Assembly: GCA_040767965.1 (NCBI GenBank)
Contig: JAXGNR010000012.1
Location: forward strand, 1-56,237
DNA: 56,237 bases
Reading direction: 5' to 3'
Source: Atribacterota bacterium
GTDB taxonomy: Bacteria > Atribacterota > Phoenicimicrobiia > Phoenicimicrobiales > Stramentimicrobiaceae
Shown: positions 1 to 10,178 of the stretch, one piece after another
How the letters are laid out: each line of letters starts with the position of its first letter
How positions within the stretch are numbered: position 1 is the first letter of the stretch
Notes under the pieces: generated by a model
The model's database searches: none
Seen by the model: the letters and a program-made list of their open reading frames with translations, nothing else
What the model was told of the DNA's origin: nothing
Translations under genes and position numbers: made by a program

Positions 1-2418
1 TTCGATAATCTCTCTTAATTGATTATCTAATATATAAGCTTTGATAAATTGCCGTATTATATAAATCATTTTTGGCTCCGGATGATATATGGAGATAAAT
101 TTATCCACTTCTTCTTCCAGTAATTCATCTTTACTTTTAAATTTCTTAATCTTGCCAAAGATTTTTTCCAAAATTTCTCTTAAGGTTAAACGACGATCAA
201 CATTCACTGATTGTCTCAGTTTTTCCAGATTGAAATAATCTTCCGGTTTATTAAAAACTTCTTTTTTAATATGTTCTTCTGCTTCTTTGAATTTACCTTT
301 TTCAATGGACTGCATAATATAAGAATTTGATTTTACAGTCTCTTCAAATTTTTCAAATAGTTTTCGGTCAACCTTCATCCCTTTTGCGCCGATTGTGGTT
401 TCATTAAATTTAAATAATGGGTCAGGTACAATGCTTTTATATTCATCCGAAGAAACAGGCGGAGGATCACCAGATGGACCTTTACCACCACCAGTAGGCG
501 GTAATTTGATAACTTCATCATAATTATATTTTTCTTCAAAGTATTCACAGACCGCAAAAAAGTCAAATAATTTAAAGTTTGTTTTTTGCTGGCTGTATTT
601 TTCCAGTTTACCAATTTCATTTTTTTGTTGATGGTTAAAAGTATATTTACGGGTGCCTCGGCCTTTCATTTGGACAAAATAGGTAGGAGAAAATACTGGC
701 CTCATCAAACAAAGATTTAAAATATCCTCACAATCATATCCGGTAGTCATCATGCCAACGGTAACACAGACTCTGGTTTTGCTTGATTTGTATCCTTCCA
801 TAAATTTGGTATGGCCATTGAGATTATTATTAGCAAAATTGATAGTCATCCGTTGGGCATCCAGGATAATGGAAGTCACCTGAACTGCAAAATCAGAATT
901 ATATTTTCCGGGAAATATTTTATGGGCAAAATCATTTAAGATTTGGGTTATCTTGGAAGCATGATTCTGACTGACACAAAAAACAATACTCTTGCCTATC
1001 TCTCCGGTTATCGGATCAGTAAGCGCATTTTCCAGGAATGTTTTACAGAAAGTCATATTGGTCTTTTGAGAGAAGAATTTCTTCTCAAAATCCTTTTGAT
1101 AAAATGTTACTTCTTCATTCTGTTCTACTTCATTTTCTTCTTCGTGTTCGACACTTTTTTCAATATAAACTGAATAACCTTCATCTGACAAAAGCTGGGT
1201 GGTAATCTCTGTACGGGCATCGATAACAATAGGATTTACCAGATAACCATCCCGGACACCATCCAAGAGGGTATAACGGAAAGTCGGATCAGCTGATTCA
1301 CAACCAAAGGTAATATAAGTATCCAGAAGCTGTCTTTTTTCCAGCTGGCGTGGATCTTTTTGGGCCATTTTTTCACGGTCAATCTTTTTTAAGTAATCTT
1401 TGGGAGTTGCGGTTAGCCCCAATTTATATCCGGTAAAATATTCGAATAATGCACGACTGCTGCCATTGATTGAACGGTGTGCTTCATCAGAAATAACCAG
1501 GTCAAAGTCAGTCGGTGAAAACAGGTCTTTGTATTTATTGTTAAATAAAAGGGATTGAACGGTGGAAATAACAATTTCTGCCCTTATCCAGTCATCTCGA
1601 TTCTCTTTATATATTACAGTTTTATAATCATTTCTAAGGTATAAGATAAAATTCTTTCTAGCCTGCTCTTCCAATTCTAATCTGTCAACCAAAAATAAGA
1701 CTCTTTTGGCATTTCCGGAACGGAGAAATAACTTTATTACTCCTGCAGCAACTAATGTTTTTCCAGTGCCGGTAGCCATTTCAAAAAGAAATCTACTTTT
1801 TTCTTCTTTTACTGCATCCTGAATTGATTTGATGGCATTGATCTGATAATAGCGTAAGAATTTAAGTTTATTCTTATCGATAAATTCCTGGCTGGTATTA
1901 GGGTTTTTCCAATCAGGATTATCTTTGTAGTCAGGTTTTTGGGTAATAACAATATAATCGGCTTCTATCTGCTCACGCATTAAGTTTTGAGGATTTGGAT
2001 TAAAATCTTTCTTATATTTGATGGATTCTAATGTAGGGAATTTAGTAATAATAGCAGGGTTACCGAATTGAATATCCCAAAAATAGTGGAGATTACCATT
2101 TGATAGAATAACAAAGCGAACATTGAGAGAGCGGGCATATTTTCTAGCCTGCTCTTTTCCTGTAAGTGGATCTCGGTCTTCTTTTTTGGCTTCAAGGACA
2201 ATCAGCGGAAAACCTGATTCATCAAGAAGAAGAAAGTCTACAAAACCATTTTTTGTTTTTTCAAAATTCTCTCCAAGGTCGTTCAACCTTTTTTCTGTTA
2301 GTTTAGCATTTGTTTCCAGTAGAACATTTGCTTTGCCCTGAGGAGTATCAAAAAATCTCCAGCCTGCCTCTTCAAGAAGTTTATTGATTCGAATACGCGC
2401 TTTCGCTTCTTTGGGCAT
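1..2418 (-). CDS. hsdR: Type I restriction-modification endonuclease/helicase subunit R (partial, runs off left edge)
   Basis: Manual translation from ATG at 2418: MPKEAKARIRINKLLEEAGW...; nuclease motif VDFLLLDESGFPLIVLEAKK and QARKY; Walker A MATGTGKT; LFLVDRLEL; DEAHR; LTATP. Absent from the ORF track, apparently because no stop lies in the window. Confidence 0.9.
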   Translation of the reverse strand, partial: MPKEAKARIRINKLLEEAGWRFFDTPQGKANVLLETNAKLTEKRLNDLGENFEKTKNGFVDFLLLDESGFPLIVLEAKKEDRDPLTGKEQARKYARSLNVRFVILSNGNLHYFWDIQFGNPAIITKFPTLESIKYKKDFNPNPQNLMREQIEADYIVITQKPDYKDNPDWKNPNTSQEFIDKNKLKFLRYYQINAIKSIQDAVKEEKSRFLFEMATGTGKTLVAAGVIKLFLRSGNAKRVLFLVDRLELEEQARKNFILYLRNDYKTVIYKENRDDWIRAEIVISTVQSLLFNNKYKDLFSPTDFDLVISDEAHRSINGSSRALFEYFTGYKLGLTATPKDYLKKIDREKMAQKDPRQLEKRQLLDTYITFGCESADPTFRYTLLDGVRDGYLVNPIVIDARTEITTQLLSDEGYSVYIEKSVEHEEENEVEQNEEVTFYQKDFEKKFFSQKTNMTFCKTFLENALTDPITGEIGKSIVFCVSQNHASKITQILNDFAHKIFPGKYNSDFAVQVTSIILDAQRMTINFANNNLNGHTKFMEGYKSSKTRVCVTVGMMTTGYDCEDILNLCLMRPVFSPTYFVQMKGRGTRKYTFNHQQKNEIGKLEKYSQQKTNFKLFDFFAVCEYFEEKYNYDEVIKLPPTGGGKGPSGDPPPVSSDEYKSIVPDPLFKFNETTIGAKGMKVDRKLFEKFEETVKSNSYIMQSIEKGKFKEAEEHIKKEVFNKPEDYFNLEKLRQSVNVDRRLTLREILEKIFGKIKKFKSKDELLEEEVDKFISIYHPEPKMIYIIRQFIKAYILDNQLREIIE

Positions 2419-2584
2419 TACTTTTCCTTTATAAAATAATATTTCTAAAAATAGTGGCTACATTGATGAGGTGTAACTTTTATTATTTTAACAAATTAGA
2501 AATGTAAATTGCAAGAGAAATAATACTAGTTTTCAGTTGACGGTTTTTAGTTTTCAGAAAAATAATAATGCAGGTGATCTGTAT

Positions 2585-2618
2585 GAGATTACTTCGTCGC
2601 TACGCTTCTCGTAATGAC
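2585..2618. repeat. REP-like palindromic element (GAGATTRCTTCGTCGCT-CGC-YCTCGYAATGAC type)
   Basis: gagattacttcgtcgctacgcttctcgtaatgac: GC-rich imperfect palindrome in an AT-rich spacer, resembling a widespread intergenic palindrome family. Confidence 0.5.
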
Positions 2619-2922
2619 AAAGCAAGTGATATTAAAAACATGTGATTGCTCTGCCTGCCTCTTTAACATTATTAACATTAGTTAAGAGTAGGTTCAGGGA
2701 GAGAGTTGCAATCCTTTAAGAGATAGGTAATTATAATAAAAGACTATTTTTCGATATATAATTCATAAAATATCTTATGAAAGCTTTCAAGATGATTTTT
2801 GACACAGTATCTAAAAAACAGCAACTTATTAATAATATTGTTATTAGTAGTATACCATTTAGTTCTGACTAGTGCATGACAGGAATTACAATCCCAAAAA
2901 AGGAGAGGTTCTGTGTTTGTAT

Positions 2923-4363
2923 TCATTTCTTCCAAAATTCTGGGACAAATAAGATTAAAACTGTGAATATTTCTAATCTACCCAGCAGCATGCAGATTAT
3001 AAGGGTAATTTTACCAAAAGCAGGAATAAAGGCATAGTTTTGCAGCAGGTCCTACTAATCCTATTCCCGGTCCTACCTGCCTAAAGTAGCTGCAACTGCA
3101 CCTATAGCACTAGGAATATCCAGATTGTTAGCTGTCATGATAAAAACTCCTACCACAAAAACAAAAACATGAGCAGGAAAAAAGATTTTATGCTTTGCAT
3201 AATATCATCAGAAATCACTCTGCCGCCTAACCTGATAGGTAATACTGCATTTGGATGAATAATTTTATTAAAACTTTGCTTCAATTGTTTTAAAAGCAGC
3301 AACATTCGAACACTTTTTATATTCTGGCAGTAGAACCTACACAACCGCCTAAAAACATTAAGACAATCAAAATCAGCTGGGAAAAATCAGGCCAAAGACC
3401 ATAGTCTTTCGTATTTACAAAACCGGTTGTGGTGACAATAGAGACAACCTGAAAAGAGGTACAACGAATAGCTCAAGCATGGTATCATAGATAGAATATT
3501 GTCTTAACTGAATAGCAATTAACAAAATAGATACTAAAACAATTGCAGTAAAAAATATAAATTTTGATCTTTAAAATAAATCTTTTCTCTTCCCAAGGAA
3601 AACTTGAGTAATGAAGGCTGAAATTAACTGCTGAAATAAACATAAAAAAGATGATAATTATTTCAAAATACTATCATAATAAGCGATACTCAAATTTTAT
3701 GGTTGAATCCACCTGCTTCATACAGTGCCAAAAGTATTTATAACAGCATCATATAAAGGCATACCAAAGCCATACAGGCAAACAATTTCTCCAATAGTAA
3801 TCAGCATATAAATTATCCAGATAGTTTTGGCAGTTTCCACTATTCTGGGTTTTATTTTATCAATCTCAAAACCAAGTGAAATTCAGATTGCACCAATTTC
3901 ATTCCACTTACTCCCAATAATGGAAGCAAGGCTACGACTAACAGAATAATCCCCATACCACCAATACACTGAATTTCATTCCTCCACAACAAAACAGATA
4001 ATGGGTTAGCTTCAATGTCAGTTAAAATTGTGGCTCCGGTTGCGGTGTAGCCAGACATACATTCGAAATAGGCATCCAGAAAATTGGGAATGGTTTTTGT
4101 TAATAGAAATGGCAACGCACTAAAACTGAAACAATAACCTGTACCTAGAGTTGCTGTTAAATAGCTTTTTATTAATGGAATTTCTAAAAGGGCAAATCTT
4201 CTGAAAAATAAAGCCCACTAAAAATATAATTGCAATAGACCATAAAAAAGACGTAACTGTTTTATTCATTAAAATAAAAGCTACCAGAAGCGGCAAATCA
4301 TTAATAAGCTTAAATACACTAACAATTTACCTAATAAATTAACAACTACTTCTGGAAGTTCAT
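2923..4363 (-). pseudogene. trkH: TrkH/Ktr potassium uptake permease, multiply frameshifted
   Basis: Fragments [51 protein letters not shown] and LLGRLEIFTVLILFVPEFWKK* lie in different frames; ATG at 4363 with GAGGT RBS. Confidence 0.85.
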
Positions 4364-4419
4364 ATAAAAAACCTCGTTCTTTCTTTGTTTTAATACCGCA
4401 GTAATTATAACGAGGATCT

Positions 4420-4467
4420 TATAAAGGAAGTATTAATGTTTTTTTATTTATATAAAGATTCTATAAA
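4420..4467 (-). promoter_or_regulatory. Putative KdpE-binding direct repeats upstream of trkH
   Basis: Minus strand TTTATA-gaatc-TTTATA and TTAATA-cttcc-TTTATA (11-bp period), like the KdpE TTTATA-N5-TTTACA site; lies between kdpE and trkH. Confidence 0.6.
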
Positions 4468-4483
4468 GAAACAGGCCTGTATT

Positions 4484-5166
4484 CTATTCATCAGTAAATC
4501 GATATCCAATACCTACTTCAGTAAAAACATATCTGGGTTTGGCTGGATTTATTTCTAATTTTTCTTCTGATATTAGCCATAAATACTCTTAAAGACTGAA
4601 CATCACTCTCCAGATAAGTGCCCCATACATTTTTCAAAATATATTTATGGGTTAAAACTTTACCGGAATTTTTTACCAGTAGTGTCAAAATGTTGTATTC
4701 CATGGGAGTAAAATGCATTTTCTCACCATTCCTGATTACCTTATGTTTATCTAAATCAACTTCTAAGTCTGGCGCATTTTATATAAAACTATTTTTTCTT
4801 CTTTATCATTTTGATGATGACGGAAGATAACTCTAATTCTTGCCAATAATTCCTTTTATACTAAACGGTTTTGTCAGATAATCATCAGCTCCTGCATCTA
4901 ATGCTTCTACCTTTTCACTATCCTAATACGTGCAGAAACAACAACGATGGGGATGTCTGAAAATTCACGAACTTTTTTTATAATTTCCAATCCATCCATA
5001 TCAGGTGTTTCAAATCTAATATGATGGCTTTTAAATTTGGTTGGGTTGCTATTAAATTATATTTCTTTTCCGGTAGCTGCTTCTATGCATTCATATTCCT
5101 GGATTTAAGGGAAAAATCAAATTTAATTTTTCTAATTTTTGTGTCATCTTCAACAATTAAAAACAT
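4484..5166 (-). pseudogene. kdpE: KdpE-like OmpR-family response regulator, frameshifted
   Basis: LIVEDD, ALDAGADDYLTKPF, EYNILTLLVKNSGKVLTHKYILKNVWG, LRVFMANIRRKI, TEVGIGYRF across several frames. Confidence 0.85.
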
Positions 5167-5169
5167 CTT

Positions 5170-6654
5170 TTACCTCTTCTGCTCTATATCATTTTTAAGA
5201 TTTAAATAAAAACGAAAGGTAGAACCTTTTATATTATTATTTTTCACCTAAAATTTCTCCGCCATGCAAATTTACAATAGCCTTGCAAATTGCCAGACCA
5301 AGACCTATACCATGCTTTGCATCAATATGGGAATCGCGGGCAGTAAAAAATATGTCAAATAATTTTGGCAGGTTTATTCTCATTAAATTCCAGTTCCTTC
5401 GTCAATTACTTCAAACCAGACTTTTTCTTTTTCTTTATGAACACAATAGTAATTTCTCTCAGAAGGCAGAGTATGTTTAATAGCATTATCAAGGAGGTTG
5501 CCATCAATACCTGAATAATCAATTTCCATCCATGGAAATAAATAATGGTTCCTCAGGACTGAAATTGAAATTTCATGATTAGAAGCATATTTGGAAGCCT
5601 TATTGACAGCTTCTGCTACAATTTCTTCAGCTACCCCAGGTTGGATGTTTAAAGCCAGCTTCCCCTCCTGATTTTGGTCAGACTTAAAATATTCACTAAA
5701 CGGATAAGCCAGCCTGATTCCTCAAATATATCCTGCAGCAGTTTTATATTTTTCTCGTCATTTAACCTCTGGAGCAGCATTTCAGCTGCACCCATAATCC
5801 CTGTTAATGGGGTTCTCAGATCATGAGAAATAGCCCTTAAGAGATTACTTCCTTAACCGCTCCCTTTCAGTTTCAGCTTTAGCAGCCTTTTTCTGCTGTC
5901 AGGATTTCTCGTTGAATAGCAATATGATTTGCATAATAACAGAATCTAACAAAATACGATCCTCTTTATTCATTTCTTTGAAATCGTCAGGAAAACAGAT
6001 ATAACCCACAATTCTATCTCTAACTGTAATCGGGAAGGAAAAATGATTGGCACAATTTTTTTAATATCGTTCATTTCGATATATCTGGTGCTAATCCCAT
6101 AACCTGCCACTGCAGGAGCCAGTTCTTTGACTGTATTATCTTTGTGGTTAATAATAATAAAAATAATATCACTTTTAAACAAATCTACCAGTGCATTGCA
6201 TTGATACCAGGAGCATGACTACACCACCTGTTTTGGCCAGAGTGCTGGTAATTTGATATAAAGTTTGTGATTGTTTTTCCCTCTCATCAGCAAGCTCTTT
6301 GGAATAAATTAATTTACTGGTAATAGCGCTGGTAAAAATTGCAGCAAACAGAATTACTGTAAAAAGCAAAATGTAACTGGATCATTTACGCTAAAACTAT
6401 AGCGGGTCTGTAAAAAGAAATTAAAAGATAACATAGAAATAATCGAGGCAGCAATTCCGTAAAAATAGCCTTTGGTATATCGGGAAGTAACTAATACTGA
6501 CAGTATATAGATAACTACAAAATTAACCTCGGTAAAGCCTAAATGCTACCAATAAAGATAAAACTGTTGCTAAAACATTTAATAAAACGGTAATTGCTAT
6601 ATTTATAGTTATAGTTTTATTTTTAAACAGCACTTTTCTCACCGCACCCGGCAT
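5170..6654 (-). pseudogene. kdpD: KdpD-like sensor histidine kinase (DUF4118 TM + HisKA + HATPase; short form), frameshifted
   Basis: FNFFxTxPRYSF-type TM region, LLRAISHDLRTPLTGIMGAAEML H-box, NLLDNAIKH, GIGLGLAICKAIVNLHGG, GSTFRF; ends approximate. Confidence 0.8.
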
Positions 6655-6904
6655 AATACTTCAAAAATCTCTTTATAATTATTAAATATTTTTAAAATAA
6701 GATTAAAATACGAAAGAGTATGATAGATAATACCATTTTTTATTATTTTGTTAAATGTTAGGATTATTTACAATTCAAATCAGTCTTAATTTTGATTATT
6801 GAACATTGGTATTATTAGAAATTTTCATTTTATTTTTACTGCATAGATTTATATTATATAAATTTTACTCTGGCCAAATAGCAAATTTTGTAGTATAATT
6901 TTGT

Positions 6905-6922
6905 TTGTGCATTATTTCACAA
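6905..6922 (+). promoter_or_regulatory. Rex (NADH/NAD+ sensor) operator
   Basis: TTGTGCATTATTTCACAA closely matches the Rex consensus TTGTGAA-N4-TTCACAA; immediately after a TATAAT -10 (6894-6899) and upstream of the hydrogenase. Confidence 0.8.
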
Positions 6923-7008
6923 TGTTATAATAATTAAAATTATACCCTTAATAAACTGATATTTTAAGCAATAAGCTTATAAAATATAGAATTAAACAAG
7001 GAGTTAAT

Positions 7009-8880
7009 ATGTCAATAAAAATTGAAATAAATAATATACCGGTAGAAGTGGAAAAAGGAACAACTATTTTAAAGGCAGCAAAAGAAATTGGAATTAAAAT
7101 TCCCACTTTATGCTATTTGGAAGGTCTGCAAAACCCCGGATCTTGTCGCCTATGTCTGGTTGAAGTAGAAGGTGCAAACAACTTACTCCCTTCCTGCATA
7201 ACCGAAGTAGCTGAAGGCATGAAAATCAAGACAAATAGCAAAAGGGTCAGGCAGGCTAGAAAAATAGTATTGGAATTACTTTTAAGCTCTCATCCCTGGG
7301 AATGTAATACCTGTGATAGAAATCAGGATTGTGAATTGCAAACTTTAGCTGAAGAATATGGTATCAGAGAAGTGAGATTTCAGTCTTATAAAGTAAAATT
7401 ACCCTTAGATACCAGTACCCCGGGTATTGTCAGGGATCCCAATAAATGTATCCTGTGCCGGCGCTGTGTTACTGTCTGTCAGGAAGTACAAAAAGTATCC
7501 ACACTAGGACCTCGTTATCGCGGAATCAAAACAATCATTGGTCCTGGACAGGTTGATTTTTTATCAGATGCAGTGTGTGTACAATGCGGACAATGTGCTG
7601 CTGTCTGCCCGGTAGGCGCTATCAGTGAATGTGATGACACTGAAAAGGTATGGAATGCTATTGAAGATCCCCAAAAATATGTAGTAGTACAGACAGCTCC
7701 TTCTATCAGGGCAGCTCTGGGAGAATGTTTTGGCTTACAGCCAGGTACCCTGGTTAAAGGACGTATGGTTACTGCTTTAAGAAGATTGGGCTTTGATCAG
7801 GTTTTTGACACCAACTTCGCGGCTGATCTTACTATAATAGAAGAAGGACATGAACTACTGTCTCGCTTAAAGAAAAAATTAGTTGAAAAAGATGAAAATA
7901 CAAAACTTCCCATGTTTACTTCCTGCTCTCCGGGTTGGATAAATTATATGGAAAATTTTTATCCTGAATTAATTGATAATATTTCTACCTGTAAGTCACC
8001 ACAACAAATGTTTGGCGCTATAGCCAAAACCTATTTTGCCGATAAAATCGGTAAGAAAAAAGAGGATATGGTAGTGGTATCTATCATGCCCTGCACTGCC
8101 AAAAAGTTTGAATGTAATCGAGATGAAATGACCGATAGTGGAGTACAGGATGTGGATTATGTTCTGACTACCAGGGAATTGGGTAAGATGATTAAACGGG
8201 CAGGAATTGATTTTGTTAATTTGCCGGATGGGGAGATGGATGCCCCGTTAGGTATTTCAACAGGTGCAGCAGATATTTTTGCTAACACTGGTGGAGTTAT
8301 GGAAGCTGCCCTGCGAACTGCTTATGAAACAGTAACCGGGAGAAACTTACCTTTTGATAGATTACACATAACCCCGGTTCAGGGATTAGAAGGAGTTAAG
8401 GAAGCCCAGCTAACCATAAAAGATACATTACCAGAATGGAATTTTTTAGAAGGTGTAACATTAAAGGTAGCAGTTGCTCATGGCCTTGGAAATGCCAATA
8501 AAATAATTGAAGCTACCTCAAAAGGGGAAAAAGAATATCATTTTGTTGAAATAATGACCTGCCCGGGCGGTTGTATCGGAGGAGGAGGCCAGCCTCGTTT
8601 GACTACCGATGAAGTCAGAAAAGCCAGGATTCAGGCAATATATAAAGAAGATGAGGGTCGGGAGCTCAGAAAATCCCATGAAAATCCAGCTATTAAACAG
8701 CTGTATGATGAGTTCCTGGGAAAACCGCTGGGAGAAAAATCACATCACCTTCTTCATACGAAATATTTTGATAAGAAAAATAAAAAAGAGAAACAGGAAG
8801 ATAGAAAAATTCAAATTAGTTCACAAACAAAAAAAACAACTGTAAAGAAAAGAGATAAAGAATGCAGCATACGAACATAA
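7009..8880 (+). CDS. hydA: [FeFe]-hydrogenase group A catalytic subunit (2Fe-2S, His-ligated 4Fe-4S, 2x4Fe-4S, H-cluster)
   Basis: H-cluster motifs TSCSPGW, MPCTAKKFE, EIMTCPGGCIGGGGQP; HPWECNTC and CxxCxxCxxxC motifs. Confidence 0.95.
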   Translation: MSIKIEINNIPVEVEKGTTILKAAKEIGIKIPTLCYLEGLQNPGSCRLCLVEVEGANNLLPSCITEVAEGMKIKTNSKRVRQARKIVLELLLSSHPWECNTCDRNQDCELQTLAEEYGIREVRFQSYKVKLPLDTSTPGIVRDPNKCILCRRCVTVCQEVQKVSTLGPRYRGIKTIIGPGQVDFLSDAVCVQCGQCAAVCPVGAISECDDTEKVWNAIEDPQKYVVVQTAPSIRAALGECFGLQPGTLVKGRMVTALRRLGFDQVFDTNFAADLTIIEEGHELLSRLKKKLVEKDENTKLPMFTSCSPGWINYMENFYPELIDNISTCKSPQQMFGAIAKTYFADKIGKKKEDMVVVSIMPCTAKKFECNRDEMTDSGVQDVDYVLTTRELGKMIKRAGIDFVNLPDGEMDAPLGISTGAADIFANTGGVMEAALRTAYETVTGRNLPFDRLHITPVQGLEGVKEAQLTIKDTLPEWNFLEGVTLKVAVAHGLGNANKIIEATSKGEKEYHFVEIMTCPGGCIGGGGQPRLTTDEVRKARIQAIYKEDEGRELRKSHENPAIKQLYDEFLGKPLGEKSHHLLHTKYFDKKNKKEKQEDRKIQISSQTKKTTVKKRDKECSIRT

Positions 8881-9350
8881 AATGGATTTCAAGGACAGCC
8901 TTTTTGCTTGCTATTGCCCTGGTCTTCCAAATGGGAGGTTTTCCGCAATTTATAACAGGTCCATTAGTAAATACCGTGCTTTATCTGGCAGCGGTGATAG
9001 TTGGATGGCAGGGTGGGATTTTGATTGGTATTTTTACGCCGATTATTGCTGCTATGCGGGGGATTTTACCTCCTCCGCTAGCCCCTTTGATTCCTTTTAT
9101 TGCCCTGGGCAATGCAATACTGGTAATTTTATTTTTTTGGCTGAAATCAAAAAACAATATTCTGGCTATTATTATCGCCTCTTCAGCTAAATTTTTGATT
9201 TTAGTAAGTGCAGTAAAAATATTGGTTCAGGTTCCGCCTGCAATTGCTCAGATGATGAGTTTCCCTCAGTTAATAACTGCATTGGTAGGGGGATTTATTG
9301 CCCTTTTAATTGTGAAGATTTTTAAAAAGACTGATATTGAATTTAAATAA
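8862..9350 (+). CDS. ECF transporter S component (substrate unknown)
   Basis: 162-aa hydrophobic protein; ITGPLVNTVL, PFIALGN and PQLITAL motifs typical of S components. Confidence 0.75.
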   Translation: MQHTNIKWISRTAFLLAIALVFQMGGFPQFITGPLVNTVLYLAAVIVGWQGGILIGIFTPIIAAMRGILPPPLAPLIPFIALGNAILVILFFWLKSKNNILAIIIASSAKFLILVSAVKILVQVPPAIAQMMSFPQLITALVGGFIALLIVKIFKKTDIEFK

Positions 9351-9369
9351 AAAGTTGATTAGATAGAGA

Positions 9370-9413
9370 TAGTTTTATCAGGATGTCTATAAAATGACAT
9401 CCTGATAAAACTA
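9370..9413. terminator. Inverted repeat between convergent genes (likely bidirectional terminator)
   Basis: tagttttatcaggatgtc ... gacatcctgataaaacta, 18-bp perfect stem. Confidence 0.8.
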
Positions 9414-9426
9414 GTAGTCATAGTGA

Positions 9427-10170
9427 TTAATAATGTTTTACTTCTGCATGTTCCAGGTTTTCCCAAATTAACTCATTTCTATCCTGGAATTTCTTTACCA
9501 GCAATACAGACTTGTTTTCTTTTAATACTGTTTTTACCTTGCCTTTCAGGGATACCAATTCTTCATCTGAAAGTATTTGCCCATCTTCAGTACATGCTTT
9601 ATCTATTTCCCATTTCTCGCACAGATCTTTAATTTTGAATTTGCAGGGATTTTCTAAAATAAAATGGCTTCCACGGAACCTTCCGTCATTTCCGCTAAGC
9701 CGTAATCCAGTTCCCGCCAGAGCACCAATAACACCGTCTCCGGTTCCTCCATGTTCTGTTAAGTATATGGAAAGCTCTTCTGCCAGTTGGTAGGCATCCT
9801 GCTTGGATAATTTTTTTATTTTCGCTTTTCGGCCAAAATTGATAATTCTTTCGGGATATTTCACCTCATCCGGAAATACTACACACAAGCCAGGATCTGA
9901 TTCAGGTGCTGATTCTCTTTTTAAATAGGAAATAGACAGATCGATAATCCTTTCTATTTCCTTCCTTTGAGATATTTCCCCGGCAAAGCACATCACACTA
10001 TTGTGAGAGGTATAAGGGACTGACGGGTGAACGAATAGCTGGTGCCTGGTGATGCTGTCAGCTATCCCCCATCCGTTTTCAGTAATATTTTTCCTTATTT
10101 TCTCCAGTAGATGGCCGGTACCCGGCCAATCTTTCTGATCTGTATCATCAATTGCTAATAGATATCTCAT
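9427..10170 (-). CDS. TiaS (tRNA-Ile2 agmatinylcytidine synthetase) N-terminal-like protein lacking tRNA-binding domains; function unknown
   Basis: IDDTD..GT, RHQLFVHPSVPYTSHNS..C, SDPGLCV, GDGVIGALAG resemble TiaS catalytic-domain motifs; only 247 aa, no Zn ribbon. Confidence 0.6.
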   Translation of the reverse strand: MRYLLAIDDTDQKDWPGTGHLLEKIRKNITENGWGIADSITRHQLFVHPSVPYTSHNSVMCFAGEISQRKEIERIIDLSISYLKRESAPESDPGLCVVFPDEVKYPERIINFGRKAKIKKLSKQDAYQLAEELSIYLTEHGGTGDGVIGALAGTGLRLSGNDGRFRGSHFILENPCKFKIKDLCEKWEIDKACTEDGQILSDEELVSLKGKVKTVLKENKSVLLVKKFQDRNELIWENLEHAEVKHY

Positions 10171-10178
10171 CTGTTGAT

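Noticed and set aside
375-2341. Short ORFs at 375-620, 943-1173 and 2123-2341
   Set aside because: Shadow or alternative-frame ORFs inside hsdR; the same applies to most 60-130 aa antisense ORFs in the track
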